Assembly: GCF_053078305.1 (NCBI RefSeq)
Contig: NZ_CP166879.1
Length of the DNA stretch: 64,000 bases
Direction: 5' to 3' (one strand)
Shown: positions 62,352-64,000 of the stretch, in pieces
How positions within the stretch are numbered: position 1 is the stretch's first letter
How the letters are laid out: every line of letters starts with the position of its first letter
Notes under the pieces: generated by a model
Seen by the model: the letters and a program-made list of their open reading frames with translations, nothing else
Told to the model about the DNA's origin: nothing
Databases searched by the model: none
Program-made: the position numbers and the translations under genes

Positions 62352-64000
62352 TGAGCAAAGCCAAAGAAACGTCTCCTTCACTGATGCAAATGACGCCTCC
62401 CCGCAAAATTGATCTGGCCGGTGAAAAAGCCCTGCTGGGCGTGGATGTGCCGGACAGCCTTGATTTACCCGGTGATATGCCGGTGTTTCTGGATTATCAG
62501 GCCCGCTGGTTTGAGGATGAAAGTCAGGTCTGCATCGCGGAAAAATCCCGACGCACCGGGCTGACCTGGGCGGAAGCCGGGCGTAACGTCATTACCGCCG
62601 CAAAGCCTAAGCGTCGTGGTGGCCGTAATGTGTTTTATGTGGGGTCAAAGCAGGAGATGGCGCTGGAATATATTTCTGCCTGCGCCCTGTTCTCCCGTGC
62701 CTTTAACCAGCTGGCAGATGCTGATGTGTATGAGCAGACCTTCTGGGATCGGAATAAAAAAGAAGAAATTCTGACCTACATGATCCGCTTTCCGAACAGT
62801 GGATTCAAAATTCAGGCACTGTCTTCCCGTCCGTCAAACCTGCGCGGCCTTCAGGGGGATGTGGTGATTGATGAAGCCGCGTTCCACGAGTCACTGGATG
62901 AGCTTCTCAAGGCGGCAATGGCGCTCACCATGTGGGGCGCGCGCGTGCGTATTATCTCCACGCATAACGGCGTCGATAATCTGTTTAATCAGTACATTCA
63001 GGAAGCCCGCGAGGGGCGCAAGGATTACAGCGTCCACCGCATAACCCTGGATGATGCCATTGCGGACGGGCTGTACCGTCGTATCTGTTATGTCACCGGC
63101 CGCGAATGGTCACCGGAAAGCGAGCAGAAGTGGCGTGATGATCTCTACAAAAACGCCCCGACCCGTGAGGATGCCGACGAGGAATACGGCTGTATCCCGA
63201 AAAAATCCGGCGGTGCCTATATTCCTCACGCGCTTATTGAAATGGCGATGCTCCGCGACATCCCGATTCTGACGTTTGAAGCCCCGGACGACTTCATCAG
63301 CCGTGCCGCATGGCTGCGTGAATCGGAGGTTTTAACCTGGTGTGAAGAACATTTAAAACCGCTTTTAGAGGCGTTAAATCCCCGTTCCCGCTTCAGCTTC
63401 GGGGAAGACTTTGCCCGCACCGGTGACCTCTCCTGCTTTGTGCTGCTGGAAATCACTGAATCCCTGGCAAAACGCGAGGTGTTTCGCGTGGAGCTGCGCA
63501 ACCTGCCGTATGCCCAGCAGGAGCAGGTGATGATGTACATCCTGACCCGCGTTCCGGCGCTGGTCGGTGCGGCGTTCGACGCCACCGGTAACGGCGGCTA
63601 TCTGGCCGAAGCCGCGCTGCTGGCCTTTGGCCCGGACATCATCGACTGCGTGATGTTATCGCCGAAGTGGTACGGCGAGTGGATGCCAAAACTGAAGGCC
63701 GAGTTTGAGGATCAGAATATCCTCGTCGCCCGCCATCAGACCACGCTTGATGATTTGCGCCATGTGAAGGTGGTGAACGGTATCCCGCAAATCGACAAGG
63801 GGCGTACGAAGGACCAGAACGCAACGGCTGTGAACGCCCGCCGCCATGGCGATTTTGCCGTGGCGCTCTGTATGGCAAACCGGGCGTCGTACATGGAGGG
63901 CTTCATCCTGGATGAATCAGCCTGTCAGGCGCTGCCGGAGCGGTCGCGGGCCATGGAGGGCGGTTATCGTGATGACGATGAGGCATATCATGAATTTGAT
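62348..64000 (+). CDS. Mu gp28-like terminase large subunit (3' end outside window)
   Basis: ATG overlaps the upstream stop. The frame is open for 551 codons to the window end. Not in the ORF track because no stop is reached. Walker-B-like VVIDEAAF. Confidence 0.75.
   Translation, partial: MMSKAKETSPSLMQMTPPRKIDLAGEKALLGVDVPDSLDLPGDMPVFLDYQARWFEDESQVCIAEKSRRTGLTWAEAGRNVITAAKPKRRGGRNVFYVGSKQEMALEYISACALFSRAFNQLADADVYEQTFWDRNKKEEILTYMIRFPNSGFKIQALSSRPSNLRGLQGDVVIDEAAFHESLDELLKAAMALTMWGARVRIISTHNGVDNLFNQYIQEAREGRKDYSVHRITLDDAIADGLYRRICYVTGREWSPESEQKWRDDLYKNAPTREDADEEYGCIPKKSGGAYIPHALIEMAMLRDIPILTFEAPDDFISRAAWLRESEVLTWCEEHLKPLLEALNPRSRFSFGEDFARTGDLSCFVLLEITESLAKREVFRVELRNLPYAQQEQVMMYILTRVPALVGAAFDATGNGGYLAEAALLAFGPDIIDCVMLSPKWYGEWMPKLKAEFEDQNILVARHQTTLDDLRHVKVVNGIPQIDKGRTKDQNATAVNARRHGDFAVALCMANRASYMEGFILDESACQALPERSRAMEGGYRDDDEAYHEFD

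Larger units (their letters stand above)
1404..64000. mobile_element. Lambdoid prophage at the ydfJ (Qin-type) site; right end beyond window; contains two nested elements
   Basis: Integrase next to the truncated host gene, then canonical lambdoid order: xis, exo, immunity, replication, rusA, Q, lysis, cos, nu1-A-W-B-C-D-E-FI-FII-Z. Confidence 0.85.
48941..64000 (+). mobile_element. Mu-like transposable prophage (left end to terminase; continues beyond window)
   Basis: Starts with TG at the Z breakpoint. Carries TTTGATAC end repeats, then c, ner, A (DDE), B (AAA+), gam, gemA, mor, lysis, gp27/gp28-like genes in Mu order. Confidence 0.85.

Overview
E. coli-like chromosome edge (rspA, rspB, 5' stub of ydfJ) followed by a lambdoid prophage at the Qin-type ydfJ site. 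It runs attL/int, early-left genes with a DicF-like sRNA, a dicA/dicC-type immunity region, O/DnaC-type replication, Nin-region genes with hok and a HigB/HigA-like pair, RusA, Q, a DNA methylase, three tRNAs, nanS-p, a lysis cassette with two cargo insertions, then lambda-type packaging and head genes (cos, Nu1, A, W, B, C/Nu3, D, E, FI, FII, Z). Two other mobile elements break this prophage. (1) An 11.84-kb integrase/AlpA island (32091-43937) sits exactly inside the portal gene B, flanked by an 8-bp direct repeat. It carries an RHH regulator, a C4/IsrK/P4-CI-like RNA switch, an icd-like gene, a RepA-type ATPase with adjacent iterons, SSB and a PerC-like regulator. It also has diverged copies of the helper's capsid (E), decoration (D), scaffold (Nu3) and small terminase (Nu1) genes plus two cos sites, but no portal, protease, TerL or tail genes. 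This partial-capsid satellite with a helper portal gene as attB is the most unusual system in the window. (2) A Mu-like transposable prophage (48941 to window end) is inserted in tail gene Z. All calls rest on reading the ORF translations and the DNA by eye and on recalled family signatures; no searches were run.
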